From: Ranitomeya imitator
Lineage: Eukaryota
Assembly: GCF_032444005.1 (NCBI RefSeq)
Contig: NC_091283.1
Coordinates: 561,968,001-562,032,000 of the forward strand
DNA length: 64,000 nucleotides
Direction of reading: 5' to 3'
This document shows, piece after piece, positions 25,633-36,130 of this stretch. The translations under genes were made by a program, and so were the position numbers. Under the pieces are notes generated by a model that worked only from the letters and a program-made list of their open reading frames with translations, was not told the DNA's origin and searched no databases. The first letter of the stretch is position 1. Each line of letters starts with the position of its first letter.

Positions 25633-26565
25633 GCCGGAACCTAATGGCGGCTCTGATGCTTTGCAAGCTCGCAGACATACCATGCCTGGCCCAAGTGCTT
25701 TACTTAGTGGTTCAGCACTTTCTGAAAAACTACCCTGATTTGCCTGAGCTACTTGTGAAGGTACGCCACGCGTGCATCCATTTCCGCGCAAGTCACCTAC
25801 TGCTACCGCTGGTCTGGCAGTGCTGCAGCAGCGCTTACAACTACCACTTCTCCGACTGGTTTGCGACCTGCCTATGTACTGGAACTCAACATTACATATT
25901 TTGGCCAGGCTTTATGAGCAGCAGAGTGCAGTAATTGAATACCAGCTTCAACATGCCCATCGGTGTTTTGCTCAGCCTCTACACATAATAACCGAAGGGT
26001 GGCCATGGATGTCTGAGATCTGTGCAGTACTCCAAAACTTCAAGGAATCAACCAATATGGTGAGCGGGAATGACGGCATAATCAGCTTATCCGTCTCACT
26101 TCTGTGTCGACTGAAACGCTTGTTGTTCACAATTAAAGATGAAGCTTTGCATGTGGACCAGGTGGCAATGGAGGAAGAAAGTACACAGAGTGATACTACC
26201 CAGCCCTGACTCATTTCACCTTCTCAGCGCAGATTGGGTGATGATGAGGAGACTGAGGAGGAGGACCAGGAGAAGGTTGTCTGTGCTTCAGAGGGTACTA
26301 CCAACACCAGCTTCTTGTCTGTTCAGCGTGGATGGCCTGAAGAGGATTAGCAAGAGGGAGGAGATGCAGAGTCGTCCTCCTGGTGGGACAGGGAAGTCTT
26401 GCCTGTTGGGAGTCTGGCACAAATGGCTGACTTTATGTCCCACTGCCTTTCACGTGACCCTTACGTTATACGCATTTTGGTCACCACCGATTACTGGTTG
26501 TTCACCCTTCTCGAATCACGCTACAAGAACTTTCCAATAAAATGGTGCAATACCAGAAGGCCTTA

Positions 26566-27289
26566 AGGTACCTTCACACTCAGCGACGCTGCAGCGATAC
26601 CGACGATGTTTGGTCGCTGGAGAGCTGTCACACAGACAGCTCTCCAGCGACCAACGATCCCGAGGTCCCCGGGTAACCAGGGTAAACATCGGGTTACTAA
26701 GCGCAGGGCCGCGCTTAGTAACCCGATGTTTACCCTGGTTACCAGCGTAAAAGCAAAAAAAACAAACACTACATACTTACCTACCGCTGTGTGTCCCCGG
26801 CGCTCAGCTTCTCTGCACTCCTCCTGCACTGACTGTGAGCACAGCGGCCGGAAAGCAGAGCGGTGACGTCACCGCTCTGCTTTCCGGCTGACCGACGCTC
26901 ACAGCCAGTGCAGGAGGAGTGCAGACAAGCAGAGCGCCGGGGACAGACAGCAGAAGGTAAGTATGTAGTGTTTGTTTTTTTTGCTTTTACGCTGGTAACC
27001 AGGGTAAACATCGGGTTACTAAGCGCGGCCCTGCGCTTAGTAACCCGATGTTTACCCTGGTTACCAGTGAAGACATCGCTGGATCGGTGTCACACACGCC
27101 GATCCAGCGATGTCTGCAGGGAGTCCAGCGACGAAATAAAGTTCTGGACTTTCCTCAGCGACCAACGATCTCCCAGCAGGGGCCTGATCGTTGGTCGCTG
27201 TCACACAGAACGATTTCCTTAACGATATCGTTGCTACGTCACAAAAAGCAACGATATCGTTGACGATATCGTTATGTGTGAAGGTACCT
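26566..27289. mobile_element. Complete AGGTACC-terminal palindromic MITE (PIF/Harbinger-type)
   Basis: AGGTACCTTCACAC...GTGTGAAGGTACCT termini, 3-bp TSD TTA on both sides, two internal 72-bp hairpin modules. Confidence 0.9.
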
Positions 27290-27460
27290 TTAGTTGAAGA
27301 ATTGCTAAAAAGAAAAATTCCCATCTGACAACACTGCCTGCGGTGGTCAGAGTTCTTTGGGCAACCAAGAAGTAGAGAGGAGGGAGATATGCTAATTATG
27401 CAAATTGTCTCTTCAGAGAGGAAGAGAACTAGAACTCTAGTGCCACCTATTGGATGGTAG

Positions 27461-27805
27461 TAGTGATGAGCGAGTATACTTGTTGCTCGGGTTTTCCAGA
27501 GCATGCTCGGGTGTCCTCCGAGTATTTGTTATTGCTCGGAGATATAGTTTTCATCATCCTCAGTTGCATGATTTACGGCTTCCAGATAAGCTGAATACAT
27601 GTGGGAATTCCCTAACAAACAGGCATTCCTCACATGTATTCAGCATATCTGGAAGCTGTAAATCATGCAACTGAGGCGATGAAAACTATATTGCTTTCCG
27701 AGCAATAACAAATACTATATTGATCTCCGAGCAATAACAAATACTTGGAGGACACCCGAGCGTGTTCTGGAAAACCCAAGCAATGAGTACACTCGCTCAT
27801 CACTA
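27461..27805. mobile_element. hAT-type MITE (TAGTGATGAG TIR)
   Basis: TIR TAGTGATGAGCGAG/CTCGCTCATCACTA; TSD GATGGTAG/GAAGGTAG (7/8). Confidence 0.88.
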
Positions 27806-27890
27806 GAAGGTAGCAATCCTACAAGTCAATGTCGACCCTTTAACGAGCCTTGTCACATGACTTAGGATAATAGCCAAACCAGAATCTCAA

Positions 27891-27935
27891 TTTGCAGACA
27901 CTGTGTTCCGGGGTACTGCCCCCTTGTCAGTGCAA
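27891..27935 (-). ncRNA. Inverted copy of the hammerhead motif, catalytic core mutated
   Basis: Minus strand TTTGCA-CTGACAA-GGGGCAGTACCCC-GGAA-CACAGTGTC-TGCAAA; two core substitutions (CUGACGA to CUGACAA, GAAA to GGAA). Confidence 0.65.
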
Positions 27936-28036
27936 AGTGGAGATCTGGTTTGGCTGATTGAGAGGTGTCCGACCGATATCTAAGAAGTATCATTTCTCCT
28001 TGCGACGCCTCTCACACAGCCAATCCAGATCTCCGC

Positions 28037-28081
28037 TTTGCACTGACGAGGGGCAGTACCCTGAAACACAGTGTCTGCAAA
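28037..28081 (+). ncRNA. Type I (minimal) hammerhead ribozyme motif with intact catalytic core
   Basis: TTTGCA-CTGACGA-GGGG-CAGTA-CCCT-GAAA-CAC-A-GTG-TC^TGCAAA: 6-bp stem I, CUGANGA and GAAA core, stem II, short palindromic stem III, GUC cleavage triplet at 28073-28075. Confidence 0.75.
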
Positions 28082-28292
28082 TTGTGATTCTGGTTTGGCT
28101 ATTATCCTAAGTCATGTGACAAGGCTCATTAAAGGGTCAACATTGACCTGTAGGATTGCTACCTTCCAATTTTATAGTGTTCTCCTCCCCCATATCTACA
28201 GGGTCACGATCCAACACTCGCTCCTAATTTTTCAAGTGTGTATATGTTGCTCTACTATATAATTTTTAGACGTCTACCTCTATCATTCTGTT

Positions 28293-28324
<32 letters not shown>

Positions 28325-28895
28325 TATACTGTATATAAGCCCCCAGGGGTAACTCTTCAAGCCCTTGCACTTAGTGCATCGGCTTTACCAGTCTAGGAGT
28401 CCCACTCCTTCCAAATGGTAAAAAAAAATGTTTTCTGAGGCCCTCCTCTAAGTCTTTTCCAGGTTTTATCACAGTACCTCCTTCTAATTATGGCAGCCCT
28501 TGAACATAGTGCATACGTTTTACCAGTCGAGTCCCACTACCTAATAATTTTAGCAGAATGTGTATAAGGCCCTCCTTTACGTCTTATTCAGGGTGTATCG
28601 GAGTCTCTCTTCCTTCTATTTTTTGGCAGTTCTTGCATTATCCGCATAGGCTTTGTGAGTTTTAGAGTCCATCTTTTATAAATTAATCAGATGTGTCTGA
28701 CCATGTCACACACACCACATGCTCAGATAGGTTAGTAAAATGTTAAAATTATATTTACAGGTGAATGGTTTTTTTCAACATTGAAAGCAATGAGAAAGTG
28801 CAAAAAAGCAGCAAAAAAAACACCCCCGCTATATGTGAACATAGCCTAAGAGGTGGAGGAGGTTTTTTTTCTGGAAAAAGAAAGCTGCTCTCGAA

Positions 28896-29068
28896 TAGAA
28901 ATGAGCGAATTTGATCGAGTCAGGGCTTATTCGGCAAGCTATGGCGCTTACTGAATAAGCTGGAGAGGGAACCCGGCTTCCTGGATCGCTCCTGCTGATG
29001 AGCGCCGCAGCTGCATGTGTCGCGGCTTGCCGAATAAGCCCTGACCTGATCAAATTCCCTCATTTCTA
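28896..29068. mobile_element. Short hAT-type MITE (TAGAAATGAG TIR)
   Basis: TIR TAGAAATGAG/CTCATTTCTA; degenerate 8-bp TSD CTCTCGAA/CTTTCAAA. Confidence 0.65.
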
Positions 29069-29138
29069 CTTTCAAATCTCCAGATCCCAGGAGACTTTAT
29101 AGCAGTCAGCAGGTGCTTAGCGAACATCTAAAGAGTTA

Positions 29139-29489
29139 GGCTGGGGTCACACTAGAGAGAAATACGGACGAGGGAGAGGCGTAAAAACAACGCATTGCAC
29201 TCGGACCAATGTTTCTCTATGGGGCAGCTTCCATCAGCCGTATATTTCTCTACCGTATTTAACGGGTTGAGAACATCGCAGCATGCTGCGTTTGTCAGCA
29301 TATTCCTACAAAAATACACCAATGAAAGTCTATGGGGGCAAGAAAAATACGGATTACACACGGACCACACATCTGCCTTGCGAGAAATACGCACCGGTGT
29401 TCTATAGAAAAGCCGGCAATTTAGTGCGGTGTATAGTAAAATCACACTGACAGGTTAGAATAGATTAGCTATAATAAATGTCTACACAT

Positions 29490-29525
<36 letters not shown>

Positions 29526-29626
29526 ATGTCAGTGAGACATATATATATATATTTATATTTAATACAGAGCTAGATACCATAAAAGCCGGTAATTCAATTG
29601 CCGGCTTTTGCTTTCTCCTTACCAAA
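29139..29626. mobile_element. Truncated Harbinger-type MITE (left arm only)
   Basis: TTA|GGCTGGGGTCACAC terminus. The inner core (AGCCGGTAATTCAATTGCCGGCTTTTG) is shared with the element at 30410. It ends abruptly at ...TTACCAAA. Confidence 0.65.
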
Positions 29627-29699
29627 GTCAGGAATTTAGGCATCCACTCCCCTGGAAACAAAGCATGGTTATCTTCATTTTGGTAGATCATGACAGTAA

Positions 29700-30406
29700 A
29701 GGTACCTTCACACTCAGCGACGCTGCAGCGATACCGACAACGATGTCGATCGCTGCAGCGTCGCTGTTTGGTCGCTGGAGAGCTGTCACACAGACAGCTC
29801 TCCAGCGACCAACGATGTCGGTAACCAGGGTAAACATCGAGTTACTAAGCGCAGGGCCGCGCTTAGTAACCCGATGTTTACCCTGGTTACCATCGTAAAA
29901 GTAAAAAAAACAAACACTACATACTTACCTTCCGCTGTCTGTCCTCGGCGCTGTCCTGCACTGACTGTGAGCACAGAGGCCGGAAAGCAGAGCGGTGACG
30001 TCACCGCTGTGCTCTGCTTTCCAGCTGGCCGGCGCTCACAGCCAGTGCAGAGAAGCACAGCGCCGGGGACAGACAGCGGAAGGTAAGTATGTAGTGTTTG
30101 TTTTTTTTTTAACTTTAACGCTGGTAACCAGGGTAAACATCGGGTTACTAAGCGCGGCCCTGCGCTTAGTAACCCGATGTTTACCCTGGTTACCAGTGAA
30201 GACATCGCTGAATCGGCGTCACACACGCCGATTCAGCGATGTCTGCAGGGAGTCCAGCGACGAAATAAAGTGCTGGACTTTCTGCAGCGACCATGATATC
30301 ACAGCAGGATCCTGATCGCTGCTGCCTGTCAAACTGAACGATATCGCTATCCAGGACGCTGCAACGTCACGGATCGCTAGCAATATCGTTCAGTGTGACG
30401 GTACCT
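29700..30406. mobile_element. Complete AGGTACC-terminal palindromic MITE
   Basis: AGGTACC...GGTACCT termini with a TAA TSD (29697-29699 and 30407-30409). Confidence 0.9.
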
Positions 30407-30970
30407 TAAGGCCGGAGTCAGACCTAACGTATAAAAATACGGTCTGTTTTTTGTGGCCGAGGTACGCAGAAAAGTTCCTGAACAGTGTTCTGTATTCAAT
30501 GTGAGGATGCGATTTTTTTCTCCAAAAAGTATCCGTGTGTCATCCGTATGGCATCCATACGGCAAGATTTTCTCACCGGCTTGCAAAATGAACATAGAAT
30601 GGATCCATGGGCGCAAATATTCTTGAAAACATATATACAGTAAATATATATATATACATATTTATCAGTGAGACACATATAAATATATATTTATATTTAA
30701 TACCGAGCTAGATAACAGAAAGGCCGGTAATTCAATTGCCGGCTTTTGCGATCTCCTTATCAAACCCGACAGGATATGAGACATGGTTTACATACAGTAA
30801 ACCATTTCATATCCGTTATATTTTTACATATTCCTCGCTAATGTTAGTAGAGTGTGTGTGCTAAATTTTGGAGCTGTTAAAATAAAGGGTTAGATAATGG
30901 AAAAAACTGGCGTGGACTCCCGCACAATTTTCTCCGCCAGGGTGGTAAAGCCAGTGACTGAGGGCAGATA

Positions 30971-32574
30971 CAGTGGGGCAAAAAAGTATTTAGTCAGTCA
31001 GCAATAGTGCAAGTTCCACCACTTAAAAAGATGATAGGCGTCTGTAATTTACATCATAGGTAGACCTCAACTATGGGAGACAAACTGAGAAAAAAAAATC
31101 CAGAAAATCACATTGTCTGTTTTTTTAACATTTTTTTTGCATATTATGGTGGAAAATAAGTATTTGGTCAGAAACAAACAATCAAGATTTCTGGCTCTCA
31201 CAGACCTGTAACTTCTTCTTTAAGAGTCTCCTCTTTCCTCCACTCATTACCGTAGTAATGGCACCTGTTTAAACTTGTTATCAGTATAAAAAGACACCTG
31301 TGCACACCCTCAAACAGTCTGACTCCAAACTCCACTATGGTGAAGACCAAAGAGCTGTCAAAGGACACCAGAAACAAAATTGCAGCCCTGCACCAGGCTA
31401 GGAAGACTGAATCTGCAATAGCCAACCAGCTTGGAGTGAAGAAATCAACAGTGGGAGCAATAATTAGAAAATGGAAGACATACAAGACCACTGATAATCT
31501 CCCTCGATCTGGGGCTCCACGCAAAATCCCACCCCGTGGGGTCAGAATGATCACAAGAACGGTGAGCAAAAATCCCAGAACCACGCGGAGGGACCTAGTG
31601 AATGAACTGCAGAGAGCTGGGACCAATGTAACAAGGCCTACCATAAGTAACACACTACGCCACCATGGACTCAGATCCTGCAGTGCCAGACGTGTCCCAC
31701 TGCTTAAGCCAGTACATGTCCGGGCCCGTCTGAAGTTTGCTAGAGAGCATTTGGATGATCCAGAGGAGTTTTGGGAGAATGTCCTATGGTCTGATGAAAC
31801 CAAACTGGAACTGTTTGGTAGAAACACAACTTGTCGTGTTTGGAGGAAAAAGAATACTGAGTTGCATCCATCAAACACCATACCTACTGTAAAGCATGGT
31901 GGTGGAAACATCATGCTTTGGGGCTTTTTCTCTGCAAAGGGGCCAGGACGACTGATCCGGGTACATGAAAGAATGAATGGGGCCATGTATCGTGAGATTT
32001 TGAGTGCAAACCTCCTTCCATCAGCAAGGGCATTGAAGATGAAACGTGGCTGGGTCTTTCAACAAGACAATGATCCAAAGCACACCGCCAGGGCAACGAA
32101 GGAGTGGCTTCGTAAGAAGCATTTCAAGGTCCTGGAGTGGCCTAGCCAGTCTCCAGATCTCAACCCTATAGAAAACCTTTGGAGGGAGTTGAAAGTCCGT
32201 GTTGCCAAGCGAAAAGCCAAAAACATCACTGCTCTAGAGGAGATCTGCATGGAGGAATGGGCCAACATACCAACAACAGTGTGTGGCAACCTTGTGAAGA
32301 CTTACAGAAAACGTTAGACCTATGTCATTGCCAACAAAGGATATATTACAAAGTATTGAGATGAAATTTTGTTTCTGACCAAATACTTATTTTCCACCAT
32401 AATATGCAAATAAAATGTTAAAAAAACAGACAATGTGATTTTCTGGATTTTTTTTCTCAATTTGTCTCCCATAGTTGAGGTCTACCTATGATGTAAATTA
32501 CAGACGCCTCTCATCTTTTTAAGTGGTGGAACTTGCACTATTGCTGACTGACTAAATACTTTTTTGCCCCACTG
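30971..32574 (+). mobile_element. Full-length Tc1 transposon (1604 bp, ~200-bp TIRs, TA TSD)
   Basis: TA|CAGTGGGGCAAAAAAGTATTTAG...CTAAATACTTTTTTGCCCCACTG|TA; long inverted repeats; central transposase ORF. Confidence 0.97.
31337..32317 (+). pseudogene. Tc1 DD34E transposase, 326 aa, truncated by one premature TAG
   Basis: N-terminal HTH region, GRP-like [19 protein letters not shown], and SPDLNPIE with 34 residues between D and E. Reading through the TAG gives ...TYVIANKGYITKY* (340 aa). Confidence 0.92.
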
Positions 32575-35500
32575 TATTAGTAGCCTAGAGAGGGACCATG
32601 GATATTCCCCCCCCCCCCCCCGGGGGAAAAACATCTTCCCCCAGAAGAGGCACATCTGTAAGATGCGCCTATTCTGGCACTTAGCCTCTCTCTTCCCACT
32701 CCCTTGTAGCGTTGGGATATTGGGGTAATAAGGAGTTAATGTCACCATCCTATTGTAAGGTGACATTAAGCCAGGTTAATAATGGAGAGGTGTCCATAAG
32801 ACAATATTGATCCAATAGTAGCAAAGGGTTAAAAATATACACACATTAAGAATAAAGTATTTTAATGAAATAAACACATGGGGCTTTATTATCTTTATTG
32901 TACGCTCAATCCAATCCTGTTTTTAGCCGGGGGGGGGGGGGCAATAACCATGGACCCTCTCCGGGCTATTAATATCTGCCCTCAGTCAGTGGCTTTCCCA
33001 CTCTGGTGGAGAAAATTGTGCGGGAGCCCACATCAGTTTTTTTCCATGATTTAACCCTTTATTTTAACACCTAGAGCTCCAAAATTTTGCACACACACAC
33101 ACGACTAACATTATTAGTGAGGAATATATTAAAACAAGGGATATGAAATGGTTTACTGTATGTAAACCATGTCTCATATCCTGTTGGGCTTGATAAGGAG
33201 ATAGGAAAAGCCGGTAATTGAATTACCGGCTTTTCTGCTATCTAGCTCCGTATTAAATATAAATATATGTGTCTCACTGATATATATATATATGACTGTA
33301 TATATGTTTTCACGAATATTTGAGCCCATTGATCCATTATATGCCCATTTTGTAAGCCGGCGAGAAAATCTCTCCGTACTGATGTCATACGGATAATTTT
33401 TGGAGAAAAAAAAGTCGCATCCTCGTGTTGAATACGGATTACTGTTCAGGAACTTTTCTGCATACCTCGGCTGCAAAAAACGGACCATATTTTTATACGT
33501 TAGGTCTGACCCCGGCCTTACTGTCATGATCTACCAAAATGAAGATGAGCATGCTTTGTTTTCAGGGGAGTGGATGCCTAAATTCCTGAGTTTAGTCACT
33601 TTACATAAGACTACAACTCCCAGCATTCACATCGGTTTGCACATGTTGTATATGACATTTGTATAGTTTTCATAACAAAAAATCAGCAACAAAATAGTGC
33701 ACAAGTGTAAACTAAGTATACATGGTGGTAAAAAACAATTTGGAAATGATTAAATTTGTGGCAAAATCCGTGCAGATTTTTGAGAAACCGTACAACTACT
33801 CCTAGGTATACGATAGATAACAAACGCTGACTGCTGTGTGCGCGGAATCATCCCAGATAGCAGATGTTGGATAATTGATCAGGTATTCTGGCCATCAACA
33901 TATTCACACCTTTATTCCTCCCAGAGATGTGCGGCGGCGACTTTCACTGCTAAATACAGAAGTTTTTATTTCTTATGTTGCGGACAGTTTGCTTTAATTA
34001 TTGCACAACCCTTTAATTCTGGGGTCTATGTGATTCAATTGCATTATATTTGGGGCACGGGGATGTGGGGCAGGCTGCATGTCAGTATACAATGTCATCC
34101 GTTCGATTTTTGGTCCTGTTGTCCAGAAGAGGAAATTGTAAATCCGATTTTCACCTTCTGTAAACTTAGCACTGCTGATTCCAGAAATGACACATTATGG
34201 TAACACATTGCAGTATTTATTAAAATAAATTTCACATCGCCATTTATTTTACAGTGAAATTAACTCGAACATGTAAACCTCTTCATTTCCAGGCCTCATG
34301 CCTCCCTTCTCCCAGTAACTACAGAGTGCCTTTCCCTGCTTCCTGGTGCCCGCTCACGGGCTTCCAACTATATCCAAATCTTCAGGGGCAGCTATAAAGC
34401 AGTCTCAAGTAGCCCCCACTGCCAGGTTACCAGCCATGCATTGGCAGCACCGAGTTCACAGTTACATGGAGGATGAAAGCCTCTTTACGCTGGGAATTTA
34501 CAGCAATGGTTTATATTTGCCTACAATCAAAGTTATATGTTACCTTCATAGTTCTGTTACCGCTCTAGTTTAACCTGCAGTCACACTAATCAGAAGAAGA
34601 GTCTGGATTTTTTCTTTTCAGAAACAGCGCCACTCTTGTCCATGAGGCTGTGTCTGGTATTGCAGCTAATGAATTTAATAGGGCAAAGCTGCAGTACTAT
34701 ACACAGGTGATGTAGTTTCAGTGGGACAAAAAGGTTGACCTTTTTCTCTCATTTTAAACAATTTTTAAATAAAGTCCTTAAAATACTCTTAAGACACCAT
34801 TGCTGATTAATGTAGAATGGATACATAGATTATTCCTTAATTAAGCAAGGTCACTTGATGCATCATTTCCATTTTTTTAATGCTCTCTACCCTGGAGCAT
34901 AGCTGGAATATGAGTTTACAGTTGTTACAAGGCTGACACATTTTCTGGTTTTCTACGATGATGCATAATGGCGTTATAACTTACAAGAAACAATGAAACA
35001 TCCAGTTCATTCTTGACTATTGATGCAATTTCATGTAGTACCTCTGGAAAAACAGTAGGTGTCACTGTTGCCACTTGTATATATGAAAAGCATATGGCAA
35101 CAGAATCTTCGTTTCTTTAAAGCTATGTATAGGTCTTCTTCTAAATAGTGAATCATAGGAATCATTCATAGTATACAGAGACATCATTTTTCATGAGCCA
35201 CTAACTAAATTAGTCACAGCCAGCTCATGGACAACACTTAACTATTATCAGTGGGGGGCATTTAATTGTTCATTAGCATGGAAGTTAGAACAGGCGCTCC
35301 CTCTGATCAGCTGACGTGGGGGGCACAGTCTGAGGAGGTGTACCATCCGGAATATTATGGTAGCACAAGTATTTGCCAGTGTAGTAAATAAGTACCAAAC
35401 ATCAGGAGGAGAGCGGTGCTACTGGCATCTGTCAACCACCTTTCAGATCTCGGGCAGCGGTCATATTAGAATAGGTTAGGTACCCAATACTTGGCAAGCA

Positions 35501-35697
35501 GTATATGAATGCCACCTCAGCAGCACCTCTGTCCTCCCAATATGAATTTATGAGATTCATCTTATCTCATAAAGAGATAGCCTATCACTACGATATGTTA
35601 TGATCACATAACCCAGCGCGGGTGCTGAGAAGGAAGAAGCAGCCATGCTGATTACCGTAATCACTATGTCCTTTGCTAAGTTTTCCCTGCACGGTAA

Positions 35698-36130
35698 AGG
35701 TACCGTCACATTTAGCGACGCTGCAGCGATATAGACAACGATGCCGATCGCTGCAGCGTCGCTGTTTGGTCGCTGGAGAGCTGTCACACAGACAGCTCTC
35801 CAGCGACCAACGATGCCGAAGTCCCCGGGTAACCAGGGTAAACATCGGGTTACTAAGCGCAGGGCCGCACTTAGTAACCCGATGTTTACCCTGGTTACCA
35901 TTGTAAAAGTAAAAAAAAAAAAACACTACATACTTACATTCCTGTCGCGTCCCCCGGCCTCAGCTTCCCTGCACTGTGTAAGCACCGGCCGTAAAGCAGA
36001 GCGGTGAAGTCACCGCTGTGCTCTGCTTTACGGCCGGCCGGCGCTGACACTGGGGGACGCAGGGAAGCTGACGCTGGGGAACGTGACAGGAATGTAAATA
36101 TGTAGCGGCCCTGCGCTTAGTAACCCAATG
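35698..36130. mobile_element. AGGTACC-family MITE, left part only
   Basis: TAA|AGGTACCGTCACA terminus and hairpin module; right end missing. Confidence 0.8.

Larger units (their letters stand above)
22995..27350 (+). mobile_element. Decayed hAT (Ac/ZBED-like) transposon with transposase pseudogene
   Basis: Left end TAGTGATGGGC. BED finger (ICNLCCTKLSRG...SMLRYMSSKH, ~24360-24450), catalytic HLTTDTWTS (~24920), CLAQVLYLVVQHFL (~25683) and WNST (~25880). Many stops and frameshifts. The frame resumes after the 26566 MITE (YQKAL|VEELLK). Confidence 0.85.
27449..28170. mobile_element. Foldback element with ~170-bp inverted arms, each carrying a hammerhead motif; probable Penelope-like element remnant
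   Basis: Left arm (27449-27460 plus 27806-~27970, split by a hAT MITE) is the reverse complement of the right arm (~28005-28170). The Penelope assignment is inferred only from the hammerheads. Confidence 0.6.
30410..33517. mobile_element. Harbinger-type foldback element with ~550-bp inverted arms, interrupted by Tc1
   Basis: GGCCGGAGTCAGACCTAACG...CGTTAGGTCTGACCCCGGCC termini; the arms are reverse complements over several hundred bp. Confidence 0.75.

Noticed and set aside
23648-26540. ORFs of 158, 104, 145 and 133 aa as host ZBED-type gene exons
   Set aside because: They are fragments of a transposase broken by stops, frameshifts and MITE insertions, with no consistent splice structure.
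27390-27430. CTGAAGA on minus strand and an ATGCAAAT octamer
   Set aside because: No downstream stem II or GAAA for a hammerhead; the octamer is inside repeat sequence with no associated snRNA-like gene.
31198-31986. 262-aa minus-strand ORF
   Set aside because: Antisense to the Tc1 transposase, a common shadow ORF.
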